A stretch of 60,855 bases of DNA from Chlorokybus atmophyticus. Its lineage: Eukaryota; Plantae; Mesostigma and Chlorokybus algae. The stretch is taken from assembly GCA_009103225.1 (NCBI GenBank), contig RHPI01000863.1, positions 1-60,855 on the forward strand, given 5' to 3'. A program made the translations under genes and the position numbers. Below, piece after piece: positions 1-13,399 of this stretch (its first letter is position 1; every line of letters starts with the position of its first letter). The notes beneath the pieces were generated by a model. That model was not told the origin of the DNA. It did no database searches and was given only the letters and a program-made list of their open reading frames with translations.

Positions 1-200
1 TGAGTTTTGACTTAGGAGGAGGATTATACTACATGTATGGTATATATGTATACATATATGTCTAAAATGTAGGTTACACGTATACATATAATGTTAGTGT
101 GTTTGATATATGATCGCATATCGCATATCTTTTATGATGTATACGTGATACGGAATGATATGTCAGTGTGTTGTGTGCAAAATATACTAACTATGTATGC
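1..200. repeat. AT-rich dispersed repeat, related to 14163-14440
   Basis: GAGTTTTGACTTAGGAG occurs at 2-18 and 14164-14180, followed by colinear, diverged TATA/CATAT-rich sequence (e.g. ATGTAGGTTACA, ATCGCATATCG). Confidence 0.7.
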
Positions 201-604
201 ACCGGTAAGTTTAATACCTCGCCCCGCCAATCCTGAACATTCAATCAAAATGTATGTGAATAGTTACGTCATTTGCTAATGAATGCGCTTTGCATCTAAG
301 ATTATGGGGCTGCTAACGACTCCACCGGATTACATAAACATTCACGTTCTTTAGCAATGAAGTGTGCTATTAAACATTCACTTCATTTGACGGTGAACCA
401 TGGTCAGTCTACATTATCGACCATTCACACGCAATGTGCGTCACGTTAAACATGAATGTTCACGCACGCGAACATTGACGAACAAAAATAATAGAAGGTG
501 TGGTGTTCACAGCCCGACCATGGCAGCGCTACCTGGACAGTTCTTGCAACCGGATGGATTAGGCGGGAGTCAAATACAAGACCTTCAAGCAAGGCAGACA
601 CATC

Positions 605-1700
605 TCATCTCAGTCGATCAAGCAAATCATCTATCCTTGGCAGCGGATACCTGTTCTTGATGGTCAGCTTGTTCAAGGCCCTATAGTGTAAGCACATGCG
701 TAGCCTGCCGTCCTTCTTAGGTACGAAAAGAATGGGTGCTCCAAAAGGAGAGCTACTTGGCTCAATCAATCCCTTCTCAAACAAGGCCTTGATCTGCCCC
801 TCCATGTCCGCATACTCAGCTGGACTCAGCCTATACTATAGGTCTGAACGGAGGCTGCGCATCAGACTCTGGAGGGAACGTATGCTAGATGTCCCTCTAA
901 GGTGGCAATGCAGGCAGTTCTTGAGCTTGAAACACATCAGAAAATTCAGACAACAGATCTTCAAGGGCCGTGTCTGGTGGCTTGCCACCGGTCTCACCAA
1001 CTGAGGGGGAAGTGTCGTTGTTGCCGACTGGCCGGACGAGCACTAGAAGAGGTTGAGCTCCATGGCGAACAGCCCTCTTCACCTGCATGGCACTCAACAA
1101 AGAACATAAGACATCTGTACTTGATGCATCATTAACAGAGATAACAGTGGGCGCAACATTGTGCCCATCTGCATGCAAGGTCACACGACCTTTGCGTACA
1201 CTGCAAAGTTTTGTGTCCGCGTCTGTGCGCAAGCCACATGCTTGCTCCCAGTGGCTGCCAACAATGACATCCACGCCTGGCACCTCTACAAGGATGACCA
1301 AGAACTTGAGCTAAGCATGATAGCCTTGCACATGCAAAGACAAGCGTACAACTCCCGCACGGGGATCTCAAGCTTGTTCAAGGCAACAACCGTGTCATCA
1401 CACTTGCTGACACGAATGCCTAAGCGCCGCACAAGAGATTCACTCACAAAGTTCTTAGGTGTGCCCGTGTCTATCATCAAGATGCACGGCACATGCGCAA
1501 TTGAAGCTTTGAACAACCAAGTCAAGTCCAGAGTACTTACCTCATGGATGGCAGGGGGGTCATACAACACACGCATCTGCCCCTTACCTAGCTTGACCTC
1601 TCCCAGGACCTGCATGCCTTTAACAAAGCGGGTCCACAACTCAGGACGCTTGGGTACAACCACGCATGCACTTGTGTTGTGCGCACTCTTGCTCTTGCAA
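605..1700 (-). pseudogene. Degenerate Ty3/Gypsy protease plus N-terminal RT fragment
   Basis: Protease-like ILMIDTGTPKNFVSESLVRRLG; RT start [52 protein letters not shown]. It has stops and frameshifts and is truncated at about 605. Confidence 0.9.
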
Positions 1701-3049
1701 TCCACATAATGCTTGAGCATGTTTGACAACTCGTCAACACGTGCATTGAGCAAGACACACTTGCCCGCACAGTCGTGCTGCATGAGTTGAGTATCTACCT
1801 GTACACCCAACTCGTTCTCCCACACAGCGACATTGCATGGTTGGGGAAGGCGTGACATCAAGTCACTGAAAGCATATTGCGTATCAACGTCCACAGAGCA
1901 GCTAGCCATTGGCAATCCCTGTTGTATACATGGCTTCTTGCTCTCTTCATGTCCCTCATACATGAGAGCATGGCCCCGAGCAGCATCAGCTTCAGCTTCA
2001 CAGAGCTGTGCTTCACGCCTACGCTTACGCTCTCGGTGGTTCTGTACACTTGCATAAACAGATGCACCAACATGTCCCTGACTTGGGATTGCACAGTCAG
2101 CGATGTCACTTGACCGTTGCCATTGAGCTATGTTGGCCTCGTGTTGTTGCTGTAACTCTGTTACCTGCTCACACAATGTGGCAACCAAAGTGGTAAGCTG
2201 TCGGGTGGTCTTAGCAACATCATTGCCCCAAGATACCTTTTCTCTTGCTGTATGCTCTTGCTCAGCCATTGCCACAAAGGTTAGGGCCAACACCACAAGG
2301 TGAGGTCCCTGTAACAGATGCACTCACGCGCACACGCGCGCACACACGCGCACACGCGCCGCGCTGCAGCAGCTGGTGCAGCAATAAGCCAATGCGTGTG
2401 TAATGCTGTGTATGAGCAGCAAGAACACACAACTAATGCTCAAATCAGCGTGTAGAACGACCCACACCGTGCATGCAAGTGTGCACGCAGCTGGACGCAC
2501 CAACTAGCATGCACAATCAGCTCAAAACCCTGCCATGTAGTGTGTGCAAGCAAAGAATGCAATGCACGCACGGTGCAGCAAGTGCATGAGCTGATGGGCA
2601 AGCATGCAAGGCTTGGAATGCAAGCTCCGAGTCCAATGTAACGATACCACTCACGTATTTGCTGGGCGGCTTGGCAAACTTATGCACAAGCACAGGACTT
2701 ACTACTGGAAGCCCTACCAGCGTCACTGGTGCAGTACCATGCAGAGGAAGTCACAGCACCGCACCAAGGAAGGAGAGGATGACACCAACCTCTCTACTCA
2801 GCTCCCACACACTCACACACTCAAGCACACCTCACACACATGTGCAAAGCTGCCACGGACATCACACCCCACATGGGATGAGAGGGAGAGCCCCTTGAGC
2901 AACTATACTAGGCACCCCACACAAGAGTCGAGTATGCACATGCTGAGCTGCCTCAACACATGTTGAGGCCGTTCATATACCCTCTCTTTGCTGCTCTCCG
3001 ACCTAGAACATCCAAGTCCAAGGCTACATGCCTTGTCATGGCTGCGTTG

Positions 3050-3432
3050 ACCACAACTCATGTCTAGGGCTGCCACATCAGCCCTTGGACCTGTTTCAAC
3101 GCCCAAGACTGATCACACATCAGCCTCGGACATTGCAAACGTCCCTAGGCTGGTCACATCAGCCTAGGACATCACACACATCATCCTTGGACGTTGTGAA
3201 CGTCCTTGGCTGGTCACATCAGCCTAGAACATCATACTCATGCATACATATGCACCCTTATGCATACATATGCGCGCATATGCACACATATGCGCATGCA
3301 TGCATATACATGCATACATCTAGTACATACCTCTCATGCACGCATATGCACTCATATGCGTACATGTGCACACATATGCAAACACATGCATACACATGCG
3401 GACATATGCACACATATGTCTCTGTACATCAC
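3050..3432. repeat. Tandem repeats: about 40-45-bp CACATCAGCCT-containing units, then (CACATATGCA)-like low-complexity array
   Basis: GGTCACATCAGCCTAG-like units repeat at 3050-3235; the TACACATATGC-type array runs 3236-3432. Confidence 0.8.
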
Positions 3433-3509
3433 ATGATGTCTCATCGGCTATGATCAGCCCTGTGCTTGCCATCATGCCTTGTGTAGTTCATCATGCTCAA
3501 GGCCGCACA

Positions 3510-4036
<527 letters not shown>

Positions 4037-4275
4037 TTCAAGACATATGCTTACCCTCAAGTTGTTGTCCGAAAGGTTGGGTGGCTGTGTGGTGCCCGTG
4101 GCACTGTAGCGTTTCACTTCAAACCTCTGCATCTCTTGAAGAGCTGCACGGAACTCTTCTTTGGTATCCACCGCAGGTTCTTTGCCGCTGCTGTGCGGAG
4201 GATTTACGTAATAAAGGACTTGTTGAAACATCTGCAGTCTCCTCTGAGTCTGCCTCCTCGCTTGCTTCCAACTCC

Positions 4276-4306
<31 letters not shown>

Positions 4307-5142
4307 ACCGTTGCAGCTGAAGCTGTTGCTGCTGCTGCTGCTGCTGCTGCGCTTGCAGCTGCTCTTCTTCCACCTCCAGCTGCGTATCGCGAGGCCAAAA
4401 CATATACTGCCTTGACAGTCGTCCCGCTTCGTCCCACATTTTTTGCGTCTGTAACCTTGGGTTAATTTGCATGGTGGGATAATTGGTGTAAAACTGCATC
4501 CACTCACCCATCCTGAGATGGCCATGACTTCTGCCATTTGGTAGTACTTCAGCACCGCGACCCTTGGATGAGGGTGGGTCGGTTATTGATTGTTCTGCAA
4601 TACGCTGCTGGTGAGTTTCTCGTGCAAATGTAAGTTGATAACAAGGCTTGTATAACAAAAGAACAGCATGCATAACACGTGACGTGCACAGGATCCCAGC
4701 AGCGACTGTCAACGCGCTGCGCGATGCGCCATACGGCACAGAGCATTGACAGCCCGGGCATGTCGTAAGCAAATTCGATTGTTGAACGCTCTTACCTTAG
4801 TGGCTTTTTGGAGTTCAAGCCCCATAGACTTGCACGCATCCTGGTCCTAGCTACCGCCTCCGTTGTTGACCATGCGCACGACTCGGCACATCTGCGTGTT
4901 GAAGTGCTGTCCGATTTTGGTGGGCTTGGTCTCTCCCCGAGTTGGTTGACCCCTTGCATCACGATGACCAGCTTGCACATTGCACAAACAGAACGGGCAG
5001 CCCCAGATAAACGGCGCCCCTGTGGACGCCCGCCTTCGTTCCATGACGTCCAATTGCCTGGCAATCCTTCTCCTAGCAACTGTCTTGTACAACTCCTCAC
5101 AGCTCAGCACACCTCTCCTCGCTTCACCCTGCGCCCTGAGCT

Positions 5143-5283
5143 ACACCCACACCCACACCCACACCCACACCCACACCCACACCCACACCCACACCCACAC
5201 CCACACCCACAACCACACCCACAACCACAACCACAGCCACAACCACAACCACAACCACAACTACAATCACAACAACAACAGCA
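5143..5283. repeat. Compound microsatellite (CACCCA)n-(CAACCA)n-(CAA)n
   Basis: Directly visible. Confidence 0.95.
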
Positions 5284-5859
5284 AACAATACCAGCGAGAC
5301 CTTGCAATGGCTATATACGTCACCAACCTCCCGTCTAATTGACGATGTCCATCAATGACAGCCGCCAAGTTGGTGAGTCCCTAGCCCTAACCCTTGACAG
5401 CCGCCTTGTTTATTTTATGCATTTGTTGTTACAGAATCCACTGAATTTTATTATAGCATGCGTTTGGCGTCAATTCGCTGTTAAATAGATGACAACCGCC
5501 AGTTTAAGGATTGACAGCCGCGTCGCTAGCTTTGTGACTTCCATTGACTGTCGCACTGCACATGGCACTGCACAAGTACGGCTTGTGCGGCAGTCACAAG
5601 GCTTGAGCGGCTCGTGCGACTGTCAATATGGAACATGATAGGACTTGACAGTCGCAGCAGCAACTTGGTAATTGAATGATGAGTTCGCATGCGCGTTTGC
5701 ATGCGCCCTGGTGTTGCTTGAGTACTTGCATTTGTTGTTTTTGTTTTCCTGCGAGCTGTCAGCGCTTACCTGCAAGGTGTTTAACTTGCTTTAAAGCTTG
5801 CATGCCTTGTTGCTTGCGCGCTGAGTCACTGTCTGTGCACTAAGTTCGCTTGCTTGTTT

Positions 5860-7603
5860 AGCCTCAGTCTGTGCACTGAGTTCAATTACTGGTTCAGGCT
5901 GTTCAGCTGCAGCACACCATGGCTACCAAGGAGGGCAGCCAAATGCGTGCCGCAGCTGATTGCTTCAAGGCCAGTGCAACAATTTGCTGAGCCAGGTGAC
6001 AGGTCCGCAGTCCTTGATAACGGAGGAGTACAAGCATATGCACACAATGCTGATGGTTTACATGGAGAAGCTGAAGAAGGAGATGTTGAGCAAGTGGCCA
6101 CTACCTCAAGATATAAAGTGCAAGCACTTCAAGATGAATGCTGAGCACCGGCAGGAGCTCGATGAAGTATGTGAAGCGGTCTTGCAGCAATCACTTCCGC
6201 TGGTCTATTATGTAAACCACTCGCTCATGTGGACAAAAGGTGAGCTGCTTTCTTAATGACATGTGATCTTTGAATGGAACTTGAACTCAGCTGCGCTGAA
6301 GTGAGCCTTCAAGCATGTTGTTCAGCTTTCAATTTACTCTGTCTGCTTTGCTGTAATGCCGTTGACAGTCCTTGCCCTGGTTGATGTTGCTGTGTTCATG
6401 CTTGTTGCTTCAATGACCAGTCGCGATATGCTGTCTTTGAGGCTGTCTTCTGCTAAATGGCAACTTCCAACAACTGAAAGTGTGTGCTATATGGAGCTGC
6501 CGTCGACAGTCCTTGCCGTTGGTACTTTGCTGTAATCGTATCTGCTTGTGGTGCAGCACAAATCAAGCATGTATGCTAGTGCTTCAGTACTCCGTTGGCG
6601 CGAAGCGCGGCAGTGGTACCGTGAAAAGCGTCCAACATCGCAATGAAGCCAAGAAGCAAAGACGTGCCAGCAACAGGGAAGTTGCACAAGGCAGCCTCGC
6701 TGCTCAAGCTGAAGCTGGCTGGGGCATGACATTTTGCTTGGGGAGGGACATGAGGGCCAACCAGCAGGTGGTCATGCTTGCGCCTTTGACCGCTGAGCCT
6801 CTCACATATGCTCAGTACCGGGCCACTTGGCTAAAAGAGAGGTAAGCAACCATGGTGCTGTCGACTGCCAGTCCTGTTCTACTGTTGCCTCCATACTGGC
6901 TTCACACATGGTGCCTGCTACTCAGCCTGCTACTCTGCATGTCACGACAGGGGTGTGGACGGATATGCTGAAGATCAGGCGTACAACATTTGCAACAACG
7001 CAGTTGTTGTTGTGCGGATTGTCAACATTATTGACAGTCGCTAATGCGATCAGTTGACTCTGTCATGAAAGTCGCCAAGGGACTGCACTGACCACTCTGG
7101 GTCCTACGCAGGTTGCTGGGGCGATCTCTGACTGTGAAGATGAAGAAGCCGCCCCCATGAACTTGCGAATTGCAGCGGGGATTGTGTGCAACATCGAGCC
7201 CAATGCCCCCATCAGAGAGGAGGCAATGGACATGTATGAGTACTACTACCACACCGAGCACACGCTGTTCCACAATAGTCACCAGCTGGCATTCAAGGAT
7301 CCCGACCAAGTGGAGCGTGTGCCAGACGAGCTGATTTTGCGAGCCATTGTCACCTTTGCTACCAGGAAAAACTGGGTAATTTTGAACAAAGATGTTGAAG
7401 GAGGGTGCGAGTGGGCAATTAATTGCAAACTACTAGGTATGCATACTTCACTGCAGTAAGTTAACAATAGTCCTTTGCTAGTTTTTAAGAGTGACGACTT
7501 GGTATAATGCAGGGCTATTAAGCGAGGCAAACTTTGCCTCTTGAAGAAGAGGAAGCCATTCCGACAAAAGAGCAGTGGATGCGACAGCCCTCGTCATCCT
7601 CCT
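5860..7603 (+). CDS. Possible spliced gene of unknown function inside the CACTA-like arm
   Basis: Protein-like segments end at good donors (SLMWTK then GTGAG near 6240; WLKER then GTAAG near 6842; INCKLL then GTATGC near 7438). No family recognised. Confidence 0.3.
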
Positions 7604-8029
7604 AGGTGGGTGGTTTCCTATGCTATGGTCATGTTACTATTTGTGTGTAAGCACATAACATTACAGTTGTTGTGCAGAGTTCAACAAGCACGCGCTGAGT
7701 GTTTGCAAGAGATGCCGTCGAGCAAGGCTGTCGCGGGTGTCTTCACATTGGGGCTGAATCAACCATGGAGCATATGTGTGGCTTCCAGGCGAAGGTGCTG
7801 GCAACACAACAGACTGATGTTGTTAGCTGCTTCTGTTACCTCCTGTAACCGCAGCGTGAAGTGCATGCATGTAGGCGACTGTAGCTACAGTTTCACTGGC
7901 TTGACACTGACGGGCTAGCGTTTGACAGTTCATTACCGCATTTTTGTGAATTGCATGCGTGTCGGATTGTATGCACCAAGCACGGTGCATGCACCAGTGC
8001 TGAGACCTTGCATGGATACAATGGCTGTG

Positions 8030-8600
8030 ACATCATGACAGACCATGCATGGTGCGATTGTCAATTAGACCATGTATGGTGTGTTGTCTGTTGGGACTAG
8101 ACATGGTGCCGCTTGTAGACCATGCATGCACAACAATGTCCGTATCTATGGACCGTGCATGGTGCGACTGTCAATCAGACCATGTATGGTGCATTGTCTG
8201 TTGGGTTATACATGGTGCCGCTTGTGGACCATATGCATAACAACGTCCGTATTCATGGACCGTGCATGGTGCGATCGTCGATCAGACTGGCACCATAAAT
8301 GGTCCACTAAGCCAGGAGGGCAGCGCATTATGCATGGTGTACAATGTCGGTTACAAAAAGGACTTTCGGTCCGTATTCATGGACCGTGCATGGTGCGAAT
8401 GTCAATCACTAGACATGTGGAAGTAACAAACCATGCATGGTCTTCGGCGCCAGGGGGCATTGCACCATACATGGTCCTTGCAACCTCATACAAACAGGTC
8501 ACCATACAAGGTGCGACCCCCAAAAAAACATGGGACCGTTCACGTGAGGTTTGGACCATGCATGGTCCGACTGTCAATGACCAACCATATATGGTCCACT
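8030..8600. repeat. Palindromic subterminal repeats, consensus GGACCRTRYATGGTCC
   Basis: Perfect GGACCATGCATGGTCC at 8553-8568, with many degenerate copies. Confidence 0.8.
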
Positions 8601-11332
8601 AATTTCATTTAGCAGGGGAAAATCTCGGTCTAGAGGTACGGACCATTTATGGTCCTTTGACGTCAACCGGTATGACCCCCCACCTCAGCACCAACCAACG
8701 ACGCAACCGGAGCTTGACACGAGCTCGGTCCTGCAACTGCAGCCCTACAATGGCTGCCTTGTTTGCTGCTAACGCGCTGCGCGCAGGGCGAATATCAGAC
8801 AGCACTTTCATTGAAAAATTGATAATTGTCACATGTTGCTACTTATACACTTTATTCAACAATGCAAGCTAATTCATCTCCACGGTGTGGCATATGCATA
8901 ATTCTTCGGCCTTTGAATTAAAGGACTAGATCATGTGGCATGCTTGACAAAAGGCCCACGAGTTCTTGTGTGTGCTTGCCAAGCACGGCTTGCACATTGG
9001 TTGTGTGCATTACGTATGTCTTATCAACATCAGCATCTCTATCGTTTCAAAAGTCCAAGGTTTATGTATCAACAACGCTAGTACATGCACGTTTAACCAT
9101 GGCACAATATATCGAAGAAAAACGACTAGACTCAACGTGCCACAGCATGCCATATCCGCAGCAACATAACACACAAACATATTATCATATGGCTCACAGC
9201 GTGTTTGTGCAAACATATTGCTAACCATGCCTATAACAAGTTCCGCTCCGCAGCTGCGGCGAGCATGGCGTTTTCCTCCATCGTCACTATGAGCATCGGC
9301 TTGGGACCCCGCTCAGGCACAGCCGCCACCACGGCGCCGTGCTTGCGAGGATCGCAAGTCCTTGCGCTCGCTGGAGCGCGCATGTCAGACACTATCGCTA
9401 ATTGGTCAAAATTCCTGGTAGACAGCGACGTGGCAGTCCCTGCACGTCGAGCAATATAACCATGTGTACCACATGCCTTTCAATCGACCCCGCCTTACAC
9501 ATCACTTACGCACAATAGCCGCACGCTTTTTGCTTGATACAACCCCCTTTGGCGAGCCGATTGTCAATGGCTTAAGTCTATAACGTGGTATAGAGTGGTA
9601 TAGAGTGGTCAGCGATGTGCTCGCAAGCAGCATAACAACGCCCCTCTCAACACACAGTGCGAGAACTTTGAGCGTTTTGGTAACTTTGGGCGTTTAATAC
9701 ATGCACGTACAACAGAATACTCCATGTAAATAATTGTTGATTCACCAAGAATGTTCATGAGAGGAGAGAACATAATGTTTTACCAACAGCTTGCTTGCCG
9801 GTTGCTTCTGTGACCCCTTCTTGCGTGCACCTTCAGCATGCGTTTGACACTTTTTGCAGTTTCAAGTTGACGGCATCAAGTGTTGAAACTGCTCCTTTTC
9901 AGACTGGCTTCTTCTTCTTCACGACAAACAATAGCTTTCTCCCCATGCAATAGCAACTGCCGCTGTGCTTGTGACGTGACAGACACTGCGCAAGTTGAGC
10001 AGGTCGAGCGGGGCGTGTATGTTTCTGGGTGTGTCACTTGGTGTGGTGCATTGCAGCCAACGCTGACTATTGATTGTGTGGTTTGTAGCGGACATTGTGA
10101 CAGCGCGTGGGAAGCTTGACGAAGCCTTCAGTAATTGTTGGGTTTTCCACCGTTGTGCGCTTACTCGGTCTAGTTCACATGGCGCTGGACTCTGTATCAC
10201 TCATTCTCATCAATGTGTTCAAGCGTAGGCAGAGCTGCGACGGATGCTCGCGCAAGGTCATGGCTCGGTGGTGAACAACACAAGCATCTCTGGCCACGTG
10301 TACACGCCGCTCAGCAGCAGCTACTGCGCCAGCAAGGCCGCTCCTGACAGCTTTACCATCTCTGCAGCCGCCGAGGTCAGCCACAAGTTGACCAACAAGC
10401 CATGAACACGCACGCAGGCACGCATGTCAGCGTCATGTGCAACATGTTGTTGTGAAGGTTGCGCAAAGAGGCGTGCGCGTGAGACGTGATCGCGCCTGGT
10501 TTCGCGCTCCCGTCAGAGATAATCTCGGCAATGGTGAACGGCCCTTCCTAGTCGCTGGACTTTGTTCTCAAACTCGTTCTGAGCAGGAAGGTTGGCGGAC
10601 AGTGAACAGCCTGTCATCAAAGAGCATTGCAACCAGCTGCTGTGGTTGCATGCATTCAAGTCCGTCACAGGTCAAGTCATCAGCATTGACGGGTGTGCTG
10701 GTATCAACCACTACAGTTTGTGACATGAGCCGTGTTGATGTAGTATATTGACGATTTGTCTCCTGTGTTCAGTAGATATAGCATATGCGACAAGTGTTTG
10801 TAACAGAATGTTGGGCTTTACCTGGCCCATGACATATCAGTGGCCTGGCTTGTCGACGCCTCCATAACAAGTCGTAACTTCGACTCAAGAGGACGTGCTT
10901 CTGTGCAAGTACATTGAAGCACTGCAGGCACTGAGTGTTCCAAAGTGCGACAAACCGAGTTGTAAAAGCTTGACCAACATCACCTCGAAAGGCCCGTATT
11001 CATGGACCACATGCTTATCTGCTGGTTCCTGGCGGATGATGCAAGAGAATGCGGGGCACGGTCTGCTATGCAACAAGCCATGCAACAAGCCATGCAACCT
11101 GTGCACGACAAGCCTCATACCACTGCATGTGTCTCCAAGATTGCTGCACAACGGATTGCGCAGCTTTTATTGCTCACAACGAGATGGCCTAGTGAGCTAC
11201 AGGATCAATAGCTCAAGGTCTCCAACACTATCCGTTGGAGAAGGATTATCACTCAGTGCTTCTAGACATTTGCCTACTCAAGTCCGAAACAACAGTTACG
11301 GAAAGCCAATCGCTTCCGGTTGGTGTCTTCGC

Positions 11333-13399
11333 TCAAGTGAGAGTGATGCGGCACGAGGAGGCAGCGTTCTTGTTGTCGCCATGGAACCAGTCCCAGTTCT
11401 GCTGAATGAGGAAGCGCTTGCCTTTGATGTGCGTGTTGTAACGCTTGCCAGCATGGAAGTGCTGCTTGCCATACCTGCACCCCAATCTCAAGTGTTGTTG
11501 GTTGAGACGAATCTTGCTGCGGCCAAGTGATGACATGCATTGGGGGACACTTACGTCCAAGCGCACTTGTCGGCATTCTCGTTGCCCTTCTGATCATGCC
11601 ATGCGTTGAGTCTCGGGTCCGAGTGGGCCTCCATCAGCTGTGGGGACCGCAATCAGGAGCAAGATTCAACAACAAGATGACAGCACGTGCGCCGACCCAT
11701 CCCCCTCTTCCCCACCCACCCACCCGAACACACCCCCACACAACAGCCTATGCGTGCGTGCGTGCATGTGTGCCAAGGTCACGCCTGATCTCCCTCATCG
11801 TGTACGCGCACAGGTGCGCGTACTCACGCACATACATAAGAGACAGACGCGAGCACGCGCACGTACCTCATGTGCCAGAACGCTGGCCATCATATCACCC
11901 GCCCAGTCATTGGGAGCGCTAGACTTCTTGATTGACAGCGGGCCTCCACAATTTTTGGGGCAGCGCGTTGCGGCGTTGCCGATGAACGCGTACTTCATGT
12001 TGTGCTTGTCGTACGTGTGCCAACCGCAGAACTTCCTGCAACACAATGACCCGACGATGATCTTGTGGTAGACTGTACCTCTCTTCACCCTTTCAGAGTC
12101 AAGCTTACGTGCACAAGCCAGATATGGTGACCGTGTTGTCGGTGATGACGAAGTACACGCCATTCGGATCAACCTTCTTGCCAAAGTGTGGACTCAACGC
12201 AGCGTTGCGGGCGAGGTGCTGCACTTGGCTGGAGGTGATACTGCACACGCACACAAAAACATAAGTTCACAGAGTTGAGAGTTGTGTCCAGATGCAGAGC
12301 AGTTGCAACTGCAAGTTCACTCAAGTCCAACATGTTGATGACCACTCACGTGTGCCCAAAATGGTAGCCGTTGTAGATCACGCTTCCCTTGTACACGACG
12401 GGGGAGTGGCCGAGCTTTTTGTTTGTAGTGTAACGCGACTCGATGTTCTTCCACCACCCGGTGTTACCGATACCCTACTTGCCACATGTGGTGAGAGTGT
12501 TGTCTGCAACGTCGCGTGTGCATGTGCTCAACAGACGCACTTGACTCACCTGTGCAAGAGTCAAGAGCGTTAAACGCGTTTTGCTGTTGGAGTAGCGAAG
12601 TCTGTCCCATTTGCCATAATAGGCATAGTACACGTGCACGGGCCTGCCCTGGCCCATCACGGGACCGTGAAAGTACTGGATGGGGGAGTTGATACCTGTG
12701 CAGGCAGATAGCAATTTCAGTAAACATGTCGGGGATCGGCAGAGTACTGGCCTTTGTGCGAGTTCAGCACAAGTATGTGTGCGCGTTTGTGCAAGGATGT
12801 ACGCGCGCTGTGTGGCACTCGCATACACGCGCATGCAAACAGACACGTGTGTGCGCAGAGTTGCGTGACTGTGCGGGGCGGTCGTGTACCTGCATAGGCG
12901 GATACGGGCCCCTCTCCACCCGCGTGTGTCTGAGCATCTGGGTCGATTGCACCACTCGGCGCTTCTGCACAGCACACAACACAACTTCAGTCAGTTGCTG
13001 CAACACCGACAGTTCCATCACGCACGTCTGCCACTCACTGGCAGTGGAGGCATTGGTGTTCTGAGCTGCAACATTGTCACGGTCGATGTTGTTGATGGGA
13101 TGAATGCGGAGAGGAGGGATGTCGCTGTCGCTGTGGCTAGCAGCCGCTGTTGCCTGGTGCACCTCCTCAGCGCTGATGTACTGCAGACCAACGAGCTCGA
13201 CCATATCTGACCAACACACAAGCCAGTCAGTGGCAGAGCGGCAAACAAATTGTCACACGCACATGTGGACATCCGCTGCAAAGTGCAGCACACACCCACC
13301 TAGCAGGTCTTCAGCGGCAGTGCATTGGGACATGATCTGCGTCCCAACCAGCAGCAGAAAGAGGAGGCAGCTCGTGGAGGCTGCAATGGTCGACGCCAT
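11333..13399 (-). CDS. PHI-1 (phosphate-induced 1)/EXORDIUM-like secreted protein, 9 exons, 379 aa
   Basis: Exons 13399-13300, 13206-13039, 12964-12890, 12695-12550, 12474-12350, 12240-12109, 12035-11867, 11637-11555, 11474-11333; all GT-AG, phases consistent, 1140 nt. N-terminal hydrophobic signal MASTIAASTSCLLFLLLVG. Family motifs IQYFHGPVM..VYYAYYGKW, NGVYFVITD..SGLCTKFCGWHTY..KYAFIGN..CPKNC, APND..GDMMASVLAHELMEAHSDP..AW..GNENADKCAWTYG..YN..FLIQQNW. Confidence 0.9.

Larger units (their letters stand above)
4050..8617. mobile_element. Probable arm of a CMC/EnSpm (CACTA-like) DNA transposon, right end near 8617
   Basis: Dense GGACCAT/ATGGTCC palindromic subterminal repeats at 8030-8600 end in TAGCAGGG (reverse complement CCCTGCTA). 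The same subterminal motif and GACTGTCA motif occur in the EnSpm element at 52191 onward. The left boundary is uncertain. Confidence 0.55.

Noticed and set aside
3050-3235. CRISPR-like repeat-spacer array
   Set aside because: The units are degenerate tandem repeats without unique spacers, the context is eukaryotic, and no cas genes are present.
4980-5342. His-Pro, Thr-His and Cys-Gly repeat ORFs
   Set aside because: They are frames of the CACCCA microsatellite, with no other coding evidence.
8647-11300. Possible spliced gene on the minus strand
   Set aside because: There are some exon-like segments, but I could not build a consistent model or recognise any domain.
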